Source of the DNA: Vicinamibacterales bacterium
GTDB lineage: Bacteria > Acidobacteriota > Vicinamibacteria > Vicinamibacterales > UBA8438
Direction of reading: 5' to 3'
Assembly: GCA_965263055.1 (NCBI GenBank)
Contig: OZ253581.1
Location: forward strand, 4,200,408 to 4,264,407
Length of the DNA: 64,000 bases
The translations under genes and the position numbers were made by a program. Positions 18,429 through 28,343 of this stretch are shown one piece after another. Under the pieces are notes generated by a model. That model searched no databases. It was not told the DNA's origin and saw only the letters and a program-made list of their open reading frames with translations. Each line of letters begins with the position of its first letter. The first letter of the stretch is position 1.

Positions 18429-19176
18429 GGTCCATCACCTCCTCGCACAGGCTGTAATAGTCCCTTGCACCGGTCGAATGAGGTGCGAACTTGAAGATCG
18501 ACTCCCTGTAGGCCGGACTCTCTTCGAGTCGGACATTCCTCGCTATTACGGTACGGAAGACCTTGTCCCCAAATACCTTCTGGATCTGATCGCGCGTATC
18601 CCGTGCGAGCGAAGTGCGTCGGTCATGCATCGTGATCAGCGCGCCTAGGATGCTCAGGTTGGGGTTGGCGCGTTGCCGCACTTTCTCCACCGTCTCGAGA
18701 AGGTCGTCCGTTCCTTCCAGGGCGAAGTAGGATGACTGAATGGGGATTAGCAGGTGCGTCGCCGCCACGAGCGCGTTGACGGTCAGCAGACCGAGCGTTG
18801 GCGGGCAGTCCACCACCATGAACGCGTAACGGTCGCGAACCGTAGCGATCTGATCCTTCAGGCGGAAGTGCGCGTCGAGTTCACCAACCAACTGTGACTC
18901 GATCTTGGCGAGTGCGATGCGTGCCGGTGCTAACGACAGGTTCTCCTGGTCCGCTGGAACGATGATGTCCGCCAGGCCGCACCTGCCGTCCGCGATCGCG
19001 TCGTAGACAGAGCGACGTTCCGGTTCGAGCTGAACGACGGACATGGTGCTGTTCGCCTGCGGATCCAGGTCGATCAGCAGCGTTGGCTTGCCGCGCAAGG
19101 CGAGCGCCGCAGCGAGGTTGATGGAGGTGGTGGTCTTCCCCACTCCACCCTTCTGGTTGGCTATGGCGACGATCAT
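18421..19176 (-). CDS. parA: chromosome partitioning ATPase ParA/Soj
   Basis: MIVAIANQKGGVGKTTT deviant Walker A. The track ORF start (19269) lies inside a good -35 box, so the ATG at 19176 is preferred. Confidence 0.88.
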   Translation of the reverse strand: MIVAIANQKGGVGKTTTSINLAAALALRGKPTLLIDLDPQANSTMSVVQLEPERRSVYDAIADGRCGLADIIVPADQENLSLAPARIALAKIESQLVGELDAHFRLKDQIATVRDRYAFMVVDCPPTLGLLTVNALVAATHLLIPIQSSYFALEGTDDLLETVEKVRQRANPNLSILGALITMHDRRTSLARDTRDQIQKVFGDKVFRTVIARNVRLEESPAYRESIFKFAPHSTGARDYYSLCEEVMDRA

Positions 19177-19240
19177 GGGTCGGTTCGCCGAAGCACGGAT
19201 GGACGCGGGACTTTCGACCGCGGCAATCGCAGGATGCGTG

Positions 19241-19269
19241 ATTCTAGGAGCGGCGCCGAATCGTGTCAA
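19241..19269 (-). promoter_or_regulatory. sigma70-like promoter for parAB (TTGACA - 17 nt - TAGAAT on minus strand)
   Basis: The plus strand shows ATTCTA at 19241-19246 and TGTCAA at 19264-19269, with a 17-nt spacer. It lies about 65 nt upstream of the parA ATG at 19176. Confidence 0.5.
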
Positions 19270-19332
19270 GAAACCGCGCCGGGCGGGAGTTGCATGAACT
19301 CAAGAGAGGCCCGCAATTGCTGCGGGATGTTG

Positions 19333-19356
19333 CGATTGTCGGCCGGCCGACAATCG
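19333..19356. repeat. perfect 24-bp palindrome CGATTGTCGGCC|GGCCGACAATCG
   Basis: Read directly from the sequence. It abuts the stop codon (19357-19359) of the bifunctional-nuclease gene and lies 64 nt upstream of the parA -35 box. Confidence 0.9.
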
Positions 19357-19842
19357 TCACATCTTGTACTTGCCGAGGTCCTCGGGATCGAGGCTCTCTA
19401 GCCAGCGGGTAAGTCGTTCAGTGTCGTTCTTGCCCGAAGTGAACTCGAGGTTTCTTGCGTTGTTCATGACTTTGTCTTCGACGAAGATCGGGGCGCTCAC
19501 GCGGAGCGCCAGGGCGATGGCGTCGCTCGGCCGGGCGTCGACGGCGACGACGTCGCCACGTATGCGAACGTAGATCAGGGCGTAAAAGGTATTCTCCTTC
19601 AGGTCGGCGACGACGATCTTTTCCACCTGGCCGTCCAGCCCGGCGATGATGTTGCCCAGGAGATCATGGGTCATGGGCCGCGGCGTCGTGATGTTCTCGA
19701 TCTGAATCGCGATCGCGTTCGCCTCGAATACGCCCACCCAGATCGGCAGCACGCGATCTCCCGCGTCGTCCCGCAGGATGACGATTGGTATGCTGGTAAT
19801 GGGATCGACCATGAGCCCCTTGATGGTCATCTCGATTTGCAT
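19357..19842 (-). CDS. bifunctional nuclease (BFN/DUF151) family protein
   Basis: MQIEMTIKGLMVDPITSIPIVILRDDAGDRVLPIWVGVFEANAI is typical of the family. The ATG at 19842 overlaps the miaB stop (TGATG). Confidence 0.8.
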   Translation of the reverse strand: MQIEMTIKGLMVDPITSIPIVILRDDAGDRVLPIWVGVFEANAIAIQIENITTPRPMTHDLLGNIIAGLDGQVEKIVVADLKENTFYALIYVRIRGDVVAVDARPSDAIALALRVSAPIFVEDKVMNNARNLEFTSGKNDTERLTRWLESLDPEDLGKYKM

Positions 19843-21161
19843 CAACTCACCTCGCCCCAGACGCTGTTCGGACCGGCCCGCCGGACGTCGATGTCCAGGA
19901 GCCGTCCGAGACAGTCCGGTGCCGCTTCGAAGTTGACAGCGGTGTTGCCGCTGGTGCGGCCCGTGTACTCGTTCGGCCGTTCCCGCCGGCGGCTTGGCCC
20001 GTCGGCCAGGACCGTCACCCGTCTGCCTACCATCGCTTCGTGGAGCGACCGCTGAATGTCCTGTTGTGTCTGCTGCAATACCGTCAGGCGCCGCCCCTTC
20101 TCCCCCTCCGGAACGGTTTCCGGCATCCGGCGGCGCGCCAGCGTGTTCGGCCGCTCGGAATACTTGAATGAGAACATCCCGTGGTAGCGGACCCGCTCCG
20201 CAAGGCTGAGCGTCTGCTCGAAGTCTTCCACCGTCTCCCCCGGGAACCCGACAATAATATCGGTCGAAAGTGCAATCTCCGGCACTGCGGCACGGACTTC
20301 ATCGATCAGCTCGAAGTAGCGCTCCCGAGTATGGCGGCGGCGCATCAGTCCCAGGATCCGGGTGGAACCCGACTGCGCCGGCAGGTGCAGGTGCTTGCAG
20401 ACCTTCGGCAGATCGCGGAGGGCCTCGATCAGCCGCCGGGTGACGTGGCGAGGATGCGGGCTGGCGAACCGGATGCGATCGATTCCCTCGACATCCTGCA
20501 CAAGTTCCAACAGGCGGGCGAAGTCGCAGTCACGACGGTCCGGCGCCTGATAGTGGTTCACGATCTGCCCCAGCAGATGTACTTCGCGGCGTCCGGAGGC
20601 GGCAGCTTCGGTGACCTCCGCAACAATCTCCGCGGCCGGCCGCATCCGCTCGTGGCCGCGCGTGTACGGGACGACGCAAAAGGCGCAGAAGTCGTTACAT
20701 CCCTCGATAATGGTGACGAACGCCTTGACCGGATCACTTCTAATTGCAACGCCGAGCGGAAACGAGACGTTTTCGTACGGGTGGATGTCGATCTGGGGGA
20801 CGCGGCTGCGACGGGCAGCCTCGACGGCGCTCGGCAATCGGGCGAGTGCGCGGGTCCCAATGACGACATCGATCATTGGCGCCCGGTCGAGGAGCTGATT
20901 CCCTTCCTGCTGCGCCACGCAGCCGGTGACTGCGATGATCGGCCGCGCCTCCACGCTGACGTGACGGTAGCGGTCAAGGCGCGCGAACAGCTTCTCCGAT
21001 GCCCGCTCGCGCACGCTGCAGGTGTTCACGACCACCAGGTCTACCCCGTCAACCGACGGCGCCAGCTCATAGCCCGCCTGGTGCAGCAGTCCTGCAAGGC
21101 GCTCGCTGTCGTGGACGTTCATCTGACATCCGAACGTCTCGATGCTATAGGTCCTTCTCAT
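19842..21161 (-). CDS. miaB: tRNA-i6A37 methylthiotransferase
   Basis: IETFGCQMNVHDSE N-terminus, radical-SAM CNDFCAFCVVP motif, C-terminal TRAM region. Confidence 0.92.
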   Translation of the reverse strand: MRRTYSIETFGCQMNVHDSERLAGLLHQAGYELAPSVDGVDLVVVNTCSVRERASEKLFARLDRYRHVSVEARPIIAVTGCVAQQEGNQLLDRAPMIDVVIGTRALARLPSAVEAARRSRVPQIDIHPYENVSFPLGVAIRSDPVKAFVTIIEGCNDFCAFCVVPYTRGHERMRPAAEIVAEVTEAAASGRREVHLLGQIVNHYQAPDRRDCDFARLLELVQDVEGIDRIRFASPHPRHVTRRLIEALRDLPKVCKHLHLPAQSGSTRILGLMRRRHTRERYFELIDEVRAAVPEIALSTDIIVGFPGETVEDFEQTLSLAERVRYHGMFSFKYSERPNTLARRRMPETVPEGEKGRRLTVLQQTQQDIQRSLHEAMVGRRVTVLADGPSRRRERPNEYTGRTSGNTAVNFEAAPDCLGRLLDIDVRRAGPNSVWGEVS

Positions 21162-21212
21162 CGCTGATCGTGAGCCTACTCCGACTGTCGGCTGGGGGAC
21201 AGACGGACCGTG

Positions 21213-22904
21213 TCAACCGGCGGCGCCGGACTTTCGCCTTTCGCCCACGTATTCGGTATTCGCTTTCGCCCCAACCGCGGCGCGCGCCAGCAGTTCCTTC
21301 GCCCCTGCCAGGGCTGCCCCGCCCGGTTGCCCAGTCATCAGTCTTGCCAGCTCCGCCGCGCGTCGGTCATCGGCGAGCCGCTCGATGCGGGTTCGGGTCC
21401 GCCCCCCCTGCACTTCCTTCGCTACATGGAAGTGGGTCGTGGCGTGCGCGGCCAATTGCGGCGCATGCGTGACACAGAGCACCTGGAAGCGCTCTCCCAG
21501 AGCACGGAGACGTTCGCCTACCCGGTAGGCGGCGTCACCTCCAATACCGGCATCCACTTCGTCGAAGACCAGTGTCTTGCCCGTTTCGTCGGTCGTCGCG
21601 AGCGTCTTGAGCGCCAGCATCACGCGCGACAGCTCGCCGCCCGATGCGACGTTCGAGAGCGGCTGGAGATCCTCGCCCGGGTTGGCGGTGAAGAAGAGTT
21701 CGGCTTCGTCAGTTCCGCGCGCGCTCCAGCGCGCTTCGGCGAGCCCGGTCTCCAACCGCACCTCGAACCGGCCGTTGGCGATTGCGAGATTCTTCAGCTC
21801 CGTTTCGAGCGCCGGCGCCAGATCGGCGGCCCAGCGGGCGCGTCTGGCTGACAGCTCCCCCGCCGCCGCCAGGTAGGCGTTGCGCGCCGCTTCCAGAGCG
21901 ACCGTCAACTCGGCTCGGCGCGCGGCGTCGTCACCGGAGCTGTCGAGTTCGGCCACAATCGTTCGACGACGCTCCAGGATCACGTCAAGACTGCCGCCGT
22001 ACTTCCTCGCCAGGCGTTCGATGTCGGCCAGACGCGACTCCACCTGCGCGAGACGATCGGGCGTTGTCTCGATGTCGGCAGCGCACGAACGGAGAGCCCG
22101 AGCCAGTTCGTCGAGCGTCGAATCGATGGTATCGCGCGCTTCCAGATAGGGTGCGAACGATGGCTCGAGCCGCGCCAGCTCCTCCACCTGACGCCAGATC
22201 GCAGTGAGCATCGAGATGATCGAGTCATCCTGCTCGTAGAGTGCGGTGTAGGCGCCGCTGGCGAGTGACTGCAGCCTTTCCGCGTTCGCCAGGCGGTTCC
22301 GCTCGATCAGGAGGTGTCCATCTTCGCCCGGCCTCGGTGCAACGCGATCGATCTCCGCCAGCGCGAAGCGGTGCGCGTCGACGCGTTCCGCCCGGTCACC
22401 GGCACGCCGCTCCGCGTCGGCCAGCCGGTACGTCGCCTCGCGCCACTGCTCGTAGCCTGCCTTCACCGCCTTGGTCAACTCGGCGCCAGTTCGACATCCG
22501 CCATAGGCATCCAGCAGCCCCAGGTGGTTACGGGGATCGAGAAGCGCCTGGTGTGCGTGCTGGCCATGAATGTCGACCAATGTGGAGCCGAGCGCCTTGA
22601 GCGCGGCGGCAGAGCTCAGCGCATCATCGATGAAGATTCGGCCGCGGCCATTCGCGGGCACTTCACGGCGGACAATCTTCTCGTCACCGACGTTGGTTTC
22701 GAACGCCGCCTGCACCACCGCGCGTTCCGCACCGGTCCTGACGGCGCCGGCGCTGCTCCTCTCGCCCAGCAGGAGTCCCAGTGCTCCGACGACAATCGAC
22801 TTGCCAGCGCCCGTCTCCCCTGTCAGGACGTTGAATCCCGTTTCGAATTCACATTCGAGCGAGTCGACAATGGCGAGGTCGCGAATCCCCAGAAAGCGGA
22901 TCAT
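21213..22904 (-). CDS. recN: DNA repair protein RecN
   Basis: LTGETGAGKSI Walker A, long coiled-coil middle, C-terminal SGGELSR signature and VFDEVDAGIGG. Confidence 0.93.
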   Translation of the reverse strand: MIRFLGIRDLAIVDSLECEFETGFNVLTGETGAGKSIVVGALGLLLGERSSAGAVRTGAERAVVQAAFETNVGDEKIVRREVPANGRGRIFIDDALSSAAALKALGSTLVDIHGQHAHQALLDPRNHLGLLDAYGGCRTGAELTKAVKAGYEQWREATYRLADAERRAGDRAERVDAHRFALAEIDRVAPRPGEDGHLLIERNRLANAERLQSLASGAYTALYEQDDSIISMLTAIWRQVEELARLEPSFAPYLEARDTIDSTLDELARALRSCAADIETTPDRLAQVESRLADIERLARKYGGSLDVILERRRTIVAELDSSGDDAARRAELTVALEAARNAYLAAAGELSARRARWAADLAPALETELKNLAIANGRFEVRLETGLAEARWSARGTDEAELFFTANPGEDLQPLSNVASGGELSRVMLALKTLATTDETGKTLVFDEVDAGIGGDAAYRVGERLRALGERFQVLCVTHAPQLAAHATTHFHVAKEVQGGRTRTRIERLADDRRAAELARLMTGQPGGAALAGAKELLARAAVGAKANTEYVGERRKSGAAG

Positions 22905-22994
22905 GGGAGGGAAACAGTGATCCTATCATCAGACAACGCGAAGATCGGGGTGCGTGCCACGTCGCTCGGGCGCACGCAACCAGGATTGCACGGT

Positions 22995-23024
22995 TTGACA
23001 ATCGGCACAGGGACGGGCTACGCT
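22995..23024 (+). promoter_or_regulatory. possible sigma70-like promoter for the tol-pal operon (TTGACA - 18 nt - TACGCT)
   Basis: TTGACA at 22995-23000 and TACGCT at 23019-23024. It lies about 60 nt upstream of the tolQ GTG, which is preceded by GGGAGA. Confidence 0.3.
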
Positions 23025-23085
23025 ACCTCCCAAGTTTGCGCCTTCCCAGCGGCGCGCCAGTGTCAGCATAGACGGGAGAACTGAG

Positions 23086-23940
23086 GTGCGTATCCTTGGA
23101 TACAATGCCTTTGTGATCCTTCAGGCGCCCGCGATGACGGAGTGGCTCGAAGGGCTGCAGGGGCTGTTCGGCAGAGGTGCAGGCATTCTTCCTTTTGCTC
23201 AGGCGCTCGCGCTGCAACCGAATGCGGGAGTCGGAACCGAGTCCTCCGGCTCGTTCGGCGGCGGCTTCATCGGCCTGGTCACGCAGTCTTCGCCGTTGTC
23301 GCAAGTGGTGCTTGCGGCGCTGCTGATGTTCTCTGTGGCCTCGTGGGGCATCATCCTGTTCAAGCTGTGGCAGTTTCGCCGCGTGGAGTCGCAGACCAGT
23401 GCGTTCGTGCAGGTCTTCCGAAAGAGCCGAAAGTTCTCCGACGTGCAGTCGGTCTGCAAGTCGCTTGCCGCCAGTCCCCTGACCGGTGTGTTCCAGGCTG
23501 GCTATGTCGAGTTGAATACGCAGCTCCGGCAGCCGGACGGCACCGGGTCGGAAGGCGGCGTGCAGCCGTCGCTCCGGAGCTTCGAAGCGCTGGACCGCGC
23601 GCTGCTCCGCGCATCGAACCTGGAGGTGACGAGACTGGAACGCCACGTGCCGGTGTTGGCGACGACGGCGAGCATTACGCCATTCATAGGCCTGTTTGGA
23701 ACCGTCTGGGGCATCATCATCGCCTTCCAGGGGATCGGGGAAACCGGATCGACCAATCTGGCGGCGGTGGCGCCCGGGATTGCCGAAGCGCTGGTCGCCA
23801 CGCTGGCTGGACTGTTCGCGGCCATCCCGGCGGTTTACTTCTACAATCATCTGACCAACAAGGTGAAACTGACCGCCTCGGCGATCGACGACTTTTCGCT
23901 GGAGTTTCTGAACATCGCGGAGCGGCACTTCTCCGCCTGA
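23086..23940 (+). CDS. tolQ: Tol-Pal system protein TolQ (MotA/TolQ/ExbB proton channel)
   Basis: The GTG start is preceded by a GGGAGA SD. TM pattern and the PFIGLFGTVWGII...GIAEALVATLAGL motif are present. Confidence 0.85.
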   Translation: MRILGYNAFVILQAPAMTEWLEGLQGLFGRGAGILPFAQALALQPNAGVGTESSGSFGGGFIGLVTQSSPLSQVVLAALLMFSVASWGIILFKLWQFRRVESQTSAFVQVFRKSRKFSDVQSVCKSLAASPLTGVFQAGYVELNTQLRQPDGTGSEGGVQPSLRSFEALDRALLRASNLEVTRLERHVPVLATTASITPFIGLFGTVWGIIIAFQGIGETGSTNLAAVAPGIAEALVATLAGLFAAIPAVYFYNHLTNKVKLTASAIDDFSLEFLNIAERHFSA

Positions 23941-23952
23941 CTTCCACCAGGA

Positions 23953-24417
23953 ATGCCCAAGGTTCAGACGGCGGACGGCATTGGAGGCGCTGGCGGCCGG
24001 CGGCGGAGACGACGGACCGCCACCTCGCTTTCTGAGATCAATGTCGTTCCCCTTGTTGACGTGATGCTGGTAATGCTGGTCATCTTCATGGTGACCGCGC
24101 CCATGATGCAGCGTGGCCTCGATGTTCAGTTGCCCGAGGCGCGCCGGGCGGAGCCGCTGGTTTCCGAGCGCCTGTTCGTAACGGTGCCGCTCGACTACCG
24201 GTCAGACGGTATCGTGCAACTGGGTGACGACAACGTACGGATCGATGTACTGGCCGACCTTCTGCGCGACGAGATGGCGACGCGTAGCGACAAGGCGGTC
24301 TTCCTGCGTGGCGATCAGGACATAACTTATGGGGAGCTGGTTTCGGTCATGGATTACCTGAAGGCGGGGGGTGTGCAGGAAGTGGGCCTCGTGCTCGACC
24401 TGCCCCGCATTCAGTAG
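23953..24417 (+). CDS. tolR: Tol-Pal system protein TolR (ExbD/TolR)
   Basis: EINVVPLVDVMLVMLVIFMV TM motif and size of 154 aa. Confidence 0.85.
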   Translation: MPKVQTADGIGGAGGRRRRRRTATSLSEINVVPLVDVMLVMLVIFMVTAPMMQRGLDVQLPEARRAEPLVSERLFVTVPLDYRSDGIVQLGDDNVRIDVLADLLRDEMATRSDKAVFLRGDQDITYGELVSVMDYLKAGGVQEVGLVLDLPRIQ

Positions 24418-24439
24418 TCCGTGGTAACGGGGAAACAGG

Positions 24440-25240
24440 GTGCAGGACGCGACGTCGCAAGTCATCGGGGAACGCGCGCGGCCGCCGGGCGAGTTGCGGT
24501 CGCCGTTCGCACTTTCGGCCGGGGCGCACGCCCTGCTGATCGCGGTGGTGCTTGTCACGCCGTCGTCGTGGCTTGCCGCGGGGAACGATGAGGTTGACGT
24601 GAACGTGATGACGCTCCGCTTGGGTGGCCCGGAGGGACCGGGTGAGGGCGGGTTGACGCCCCTTGGTGGCCGGCCGATTCAGCAGGTGACGCCGCTCGCC
24701 GAAGCGCGCCGCCCGGAGTGGATTCAACCGCCGTCGCCCGCGCCACCGGAGATGATCCTGCCGGTGCCCGAAGCCGAAACGCGCAGGCGCCCCGAACCGG
24801 AGGTCGAGACGACGACGGAACCGGAGGAGGCGCGTGGACGAACGCCGACGCGGGGACCCGAGGTGCTCGAGGGCACCGCGATGGCCGATACCGGCGTCCA
24901 GGGACTGGGTGACGGATTGTCGGCCGGCGGCCTCGGGGGCGGCGGCCTCGAGCTCGACGTGGGCGACTTCTGCTGTCCGGAGTATCTCGCCACGATGATC
25001 GAGCTGATCCGACGGCAGTGGGACAACAATCAGCCGGTACCCGGCATCGTCGTCATCCGGTTCGTCATTCAGCGGAGTGGAGCGATTGGCGACGTGCAGG
25101 TGGCTCGCCGCAGTGGTCATGTCGCCCTCGATCTGAGCGCGCAGCGGGCCGTGCTGCTCGCCGCGACGATGCCTCCCCTGCCGGTCCGGTTCCCGGAAGA
25201 GGTTCTGACCGTCCGCCTCACGTTCGAGTACCAGTCATGA
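24440..25240 (+). CDS. TolA-like / TonB C-terminal-domain energy transducer
   Basis: N-terminal TM helix, Pro/Glu-rich linker, C-terminal TonB_C-like fold (YPEYLATMIELIRRQW...VRLTFEY). Its position between tolR and tolB supports the call. Confidence 0.7.
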   Translation: MQDATSQVIGERARPPGELRSPFALSAGAHALLIAVVLVTPSSWLAAGNDEVDVNVMTLRLGGPEGPGEGGLTPLGGRPIQQVTPLAEARRPEWIQPPSPAPPEMILPVPEAETRRRPEPEVETTTEPEEARGRTPTRGPEVLEGTAMADTGVQGLGDGLSAGGLGGGGLELDVGDFCCPEYLATMIELIRRQWDNNQPVPGIVVIRFVIQRSGAIGDVQVARRSGHVALDLSAQRAVLLAATMPPLPVRFPEEVLTVRLTFEYQS

Positions 25241-26613
25241 TGCAGATTGCCCGCCCGTTGCCGATCGCATTCCTCTTGGCGGTGTCGATCGCCGGCACCT
25301 GGCTGCTCGCGGCGCCGCCTCCCACGTATCAGAACCAACAGTCCGAGGTGGATCTCCGGATCGGCGGCCGGATCGGCGCGCAGCCGCGTTTCGCGGTTCC
25401 CGACTGCCTGACGCTGACGAGCGATCGGGAAACGGTCGACGCCGCGCGGATCGTGGCGCAGGTGCTCTGGGACGACCTGGAGTTCGAGCGGGAATTCCGG
25501 ATGATTGCGCGCGATACGTACGGTTCGATTCCGGTTGCTCGCACGCTGACTGATTTGCCATTCGACGCGTGGCGCGAGCTGGGCGCCGACGGCGTTGTCA
25601 GTTGCTCGGTCCGTCGTCTGGGCGACGACCGGGTGGAGGTGGACGCCAGGCTCTTCAACACGCGGACCTACGAGTCCGCCGTGGGTGAACGTTACACCGG
25701 CAGCCTGCTCAACGTTCGGGCCTATGGGCACGCCTTCTCGGACGAGATTCATCGGCGACAGCGAGGTCTGCAGGGCGTGGCTCAAAGCCGAATCACCTTC
25801 ACGTCCGACCGTGACAGCCAGTCGGTTCTGGGCCTTGTGCCTGATCGGCAGACGAAGGAGATCTACGTCGCCGACTACGATGGTGCGAACGTCCGGCGTG
25901 TGACGGTAGGCCGCACCCTCAACGTTAGTCCGACGTGGGCGCCGGATGGCCGCGCGGTGGCGTACACCTCGTACCGGAGCGGTCTTCCGGACATCGTTGT
26001 TTCCCACCTCTACGAGGGGCGCCTTGAGACGCCGGCGGCCGGAAACGACGAGGCGCACAACTTCCTGCCTGCGTACTCTTCGGACGGCACGCAGATGACC
26101 TTCATGTCGAACCGCGACGGCAACCCGGAGATCTACGTGATGAACGTGGACGGCACCGGCCTTCGCCGTCTGACCACGCATCCGGGGATCGATGCCAGCC
26201 CGACCTGGTCACCAGTCGGCCTCCAGATTGCATTCACTTCCGATCGGACCGGTTCCCCGCAGATCTACGTCATTGGAGTCGACGGGACCGGCCTCCGTCG
26301 CATCACTTTCGAGTCGTACTGCGACCGGCCCACGTGGTCGCCCAGCCCGTACAACGAGATTGCGTATGCGTCGCGCACCGGTCCCGGCTTCGACATCAAG
26401 ACCGTCGATCTCGCAACCAACGACGTGCGCCAGTTAACCTTTGGCCTCGGCACCAACGAGAGCCCCAGCTACTCCGCCAACGGCCGGCACATCGTGTTCT
26501 CATCGACCCGCGGTTCCGGCGACAAGCAGATTTGGCAGATTGGACGGGACGGACGCGGGCTGCGCCGCGTCACGCACGCGGGCAACAACGAGATGCCAAA
26601 TTGGTCCCGGTGA
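25237..26613 (+). CDS. tolB: Tol-Pal system beta-propeller protein TolB
   Basis: Trimmed to the ATG at 25237 (ATGA overlap), followed by a signal peptide. Repeated PxWSPDG-type propeller blades are present. Confidence 0.9.
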   Translation: MMQIARPLPIAFLLAVSIAGTWLLAAPPPTYQNQQSEVDLRIGGRIGAQPRFAVPDCLTLTSDRETVDAARIVAQVLWDDLEFEREFRMIARDTYGSIPVARTLTDLPFDAWRELGADGVVSCSVRRLGDDRVEVDARLFNTRTYESAVGERYTGSLLNVRAYGHAFSDEIHRRQRGLQGVAQSRITFTSDRDSQSVLGLVPDRQTKEIYVADYDGANVRRVTVGRTLNVSPTWAPDGRAVAYTSYRSGLPDIVVSHLYEGRLETPAAGNDEAHNFLPAYSSDGTQMTFMSNRDGNPEIYVMNVDGTGLRRLTTHPGIDASPTWSPVGLQIAFTSDRTGSPQIYVIGVDGTGLRRITFESYCDRPTWSPSPYNEIAYASRTGPGFDIKTVDLATNDVRQLTFGLGTNESPSYSANGRHIVFSSTRGSGDKQIWQIGRDGRGLRRVTHAGNNEMPNWSR

Positions 26614-26638
26614 CAGGGAGAGGAGGGACGAAGGACTG

Positions 26639-27229
26639 ATGAAGATGCACAACGTTGAGCGGACGGCGTACCGTGTTGTTCTCGCGACGGTGATTCTCGT
26701 CTGTGCCTCGGCCTGTGTCCGCACCAACATCCCGGTCCCGGCCGCCGTTCCACCGGTGCCGCCGCCGGTTGATGCGGACCCGGTGCCGCCCCGGCCGGCG
26801 CCGCCGCCGGCCCGGATCCCGCCGCTTCCTGCGCCTCCTGCGCTGGAGGATGACGAGTTCTCCACGCGGACGCTTGAGGAGATTAACCGCGCGTCACCGT
26901 TGGAGCCGGTATTCTTCGGATACGACGGCATCGAGCTGGACACGGATGCGTTGGCAGCAATTCAGGCCAATGTGACGACACTCGAGTGGTACGCCAACTG
27001 GTCGATCACTATCGAAGGACACTGTGATTCACGCGGCACGCCGGAGTACAACCTCGCCTTGGGCGAAAGGCGCGCGCTCGTGGTGCGCGATCACCTGGTG
27101 AGCCTTGGAGTCGACGCGAAGCGCGTCAGGACGATCAGCTACGGCGAGGAGTTTCCGTTCGCACCCGGAGAGAGCGAAGGGGCGTGGGCAGCGAACCGTC
27201 GCGCGCACTTCGTCGTTACGGCCCGGTGA
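26639..27229 (+). CDS. pal: peptidoglycan-associated lipoprotein Pal (OmpA-like)
   Basis: Trimmed to the ATG at 26639. LVCASAC lipobox, Pro-rich linker, OmpA_C motif IEGHCDSRGTPEYNLALGERRA. Confidence 0.9.
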   Translation: MKMHNVERTAYRVVLATVILVCASACVRTNIPVPAAVPPVPPPVDADPVPPRPAPPPARIPPLPAPPALEDDEFSTRTLEEINRASPLEPVFFGYDGIELDTDALAAIQANVTTLEWYANWSITIEGHCDSRGTPEYNLALGERRALVVRDHLVSLGVDAKRVRTISYGEEFPFAPGESEGAWAANRRAHFVVTAR

Positions 27230-27342
27230 ACCGGGCAGCCCAGGCGCTGTTCGCCGTTGTCCGCGCTACGGCTTGTACCGACTCTGGCGTTCGGTGTCTA
27301 GCCGGAGTAGAGTAATTGGAGCACCCCCTCCGGAGGATTGTC

Positions 27343-28257
27343 ATGAGACGCCCCTTCAACGCAGTTGCGGGCTTGATGCTCGCAGTGATTCTTGCACTCC
27401 CGGCATTCGCCACGGCCGCCGACCGCGAGCACGAGCAGTTGATGGCCGACATCCGGATGCTGCAGGAGCATGCGCTTCGGCTCCATCTGATGATGAACGC
27501 GCTTGATGCCCGCATCGATGAGCTCGTTACAGGCCAGGAAGCGATCGGGGACGCCATGCGTCGCGCGTTCGCCGATCACCAACTGACCACCGAGAACGTC
27601 GCGACCGGCGTCCGCGTCGTCCGCGAGAAGGTAGATGAGTCGAATGTCCGGATCGCGTCGCTTTCGCAGGAGATCGATGCCCTCCGCGAAGCGATCCCGC
27701 CGATGCCGCGGCCTACGGTGATACTGTCAGTCGATCCGGAGACGGGGCTGCCGCTCGCGCCGCCGCCCGGTGCAACTGCCCCGGGGGCTGCTGGCGCTGA
27801 TGCTGTTTCCGACTCCAGTCCGGCCGAAGCGTTGCCTCCGCCGGTCACCGGTCTCACCCCGGGCGTCGGAATGTCGCCACAACGGCTGTACGACACCGCC
27901 TGGGCCGACTACACGAATGGTCAGTGGGCACTTGCCGTGCAGGGATTCGAGGCGTACATCGAGACTGTACCGCAGTCCGACTTCGCTGACGACGCAGCGT
28001 TCTACATCGGCCAGACGTATTTTGCGGAGAGTCGTTTCGAGGAGGCGGTCGACGCCTTCGAGCGGGTGTTACTGAATTACGCCAGCGGCGACGTTGTCCC
28101 GGAAGCCTCCTACAAGCGGGGCTTGGCGCTCGAACGGCTCGACGATCCGGATCGCGCGCGCCAGGCGTTCGAACTGGTCGTTGTCAACTACCCGGAAAGC
28201 ACCATGGCGGCGCTTGCCCAACAGGCACTCGATCGGCTTGGTCAACCCCAGCCGTAG
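27343..28257 (+). CDS. cpoB: Tol-Pal system protein CpoB/YbgF (coiled coil + TPR)
   Basis: ATG 27343 follows a GGAGG SD. Signal peptide, coiled-coil N-domain, TPR C-domain (YDTAWADYTNGQWALAVQGFEAYI). Confidence 0.8.
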   Translation: MRRPFNAVAGLMLAVILALPAFATAADREHEQLMADIRMLQEHALRLHLMMNALDARIDELVTGQEAIGDAMRRAFADHQLTTENVATGVRVVREKVDESNVRIASLSQEIDALREAIPPMPRPTVILSVDPETGLPLAPPPGATAPGAAGADAVSDSSPAEALPPPVTGLTPGVGMSPQRLYDTAWADYTNGQWALAVQGFEAYIETVPQSDFADDAAFYIGQTYFAESRFEEAVDAFERVLLNYASGDVVPEASYKRGLALERLDDPDRARQAFELVVVNYPESTMAALAQQALDRLGQPQP

Positions 28258-28343
28258 CCGATCGGCTTTCAGATATAGAAGGACAGAACACTCAACAGAC
28301 GGCACACACGGGCGAGCGCAGGCGCGCGGGGGTACAGCACATC

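Noticed and set aside
18421-19269. Full-length track ORF for parA (282 aa)
   Set aside because: Its first codons coincide with the -35/-10 boxes of a near-consensus promoter. The conserved ParA sequence begins at the ATG at 19176.
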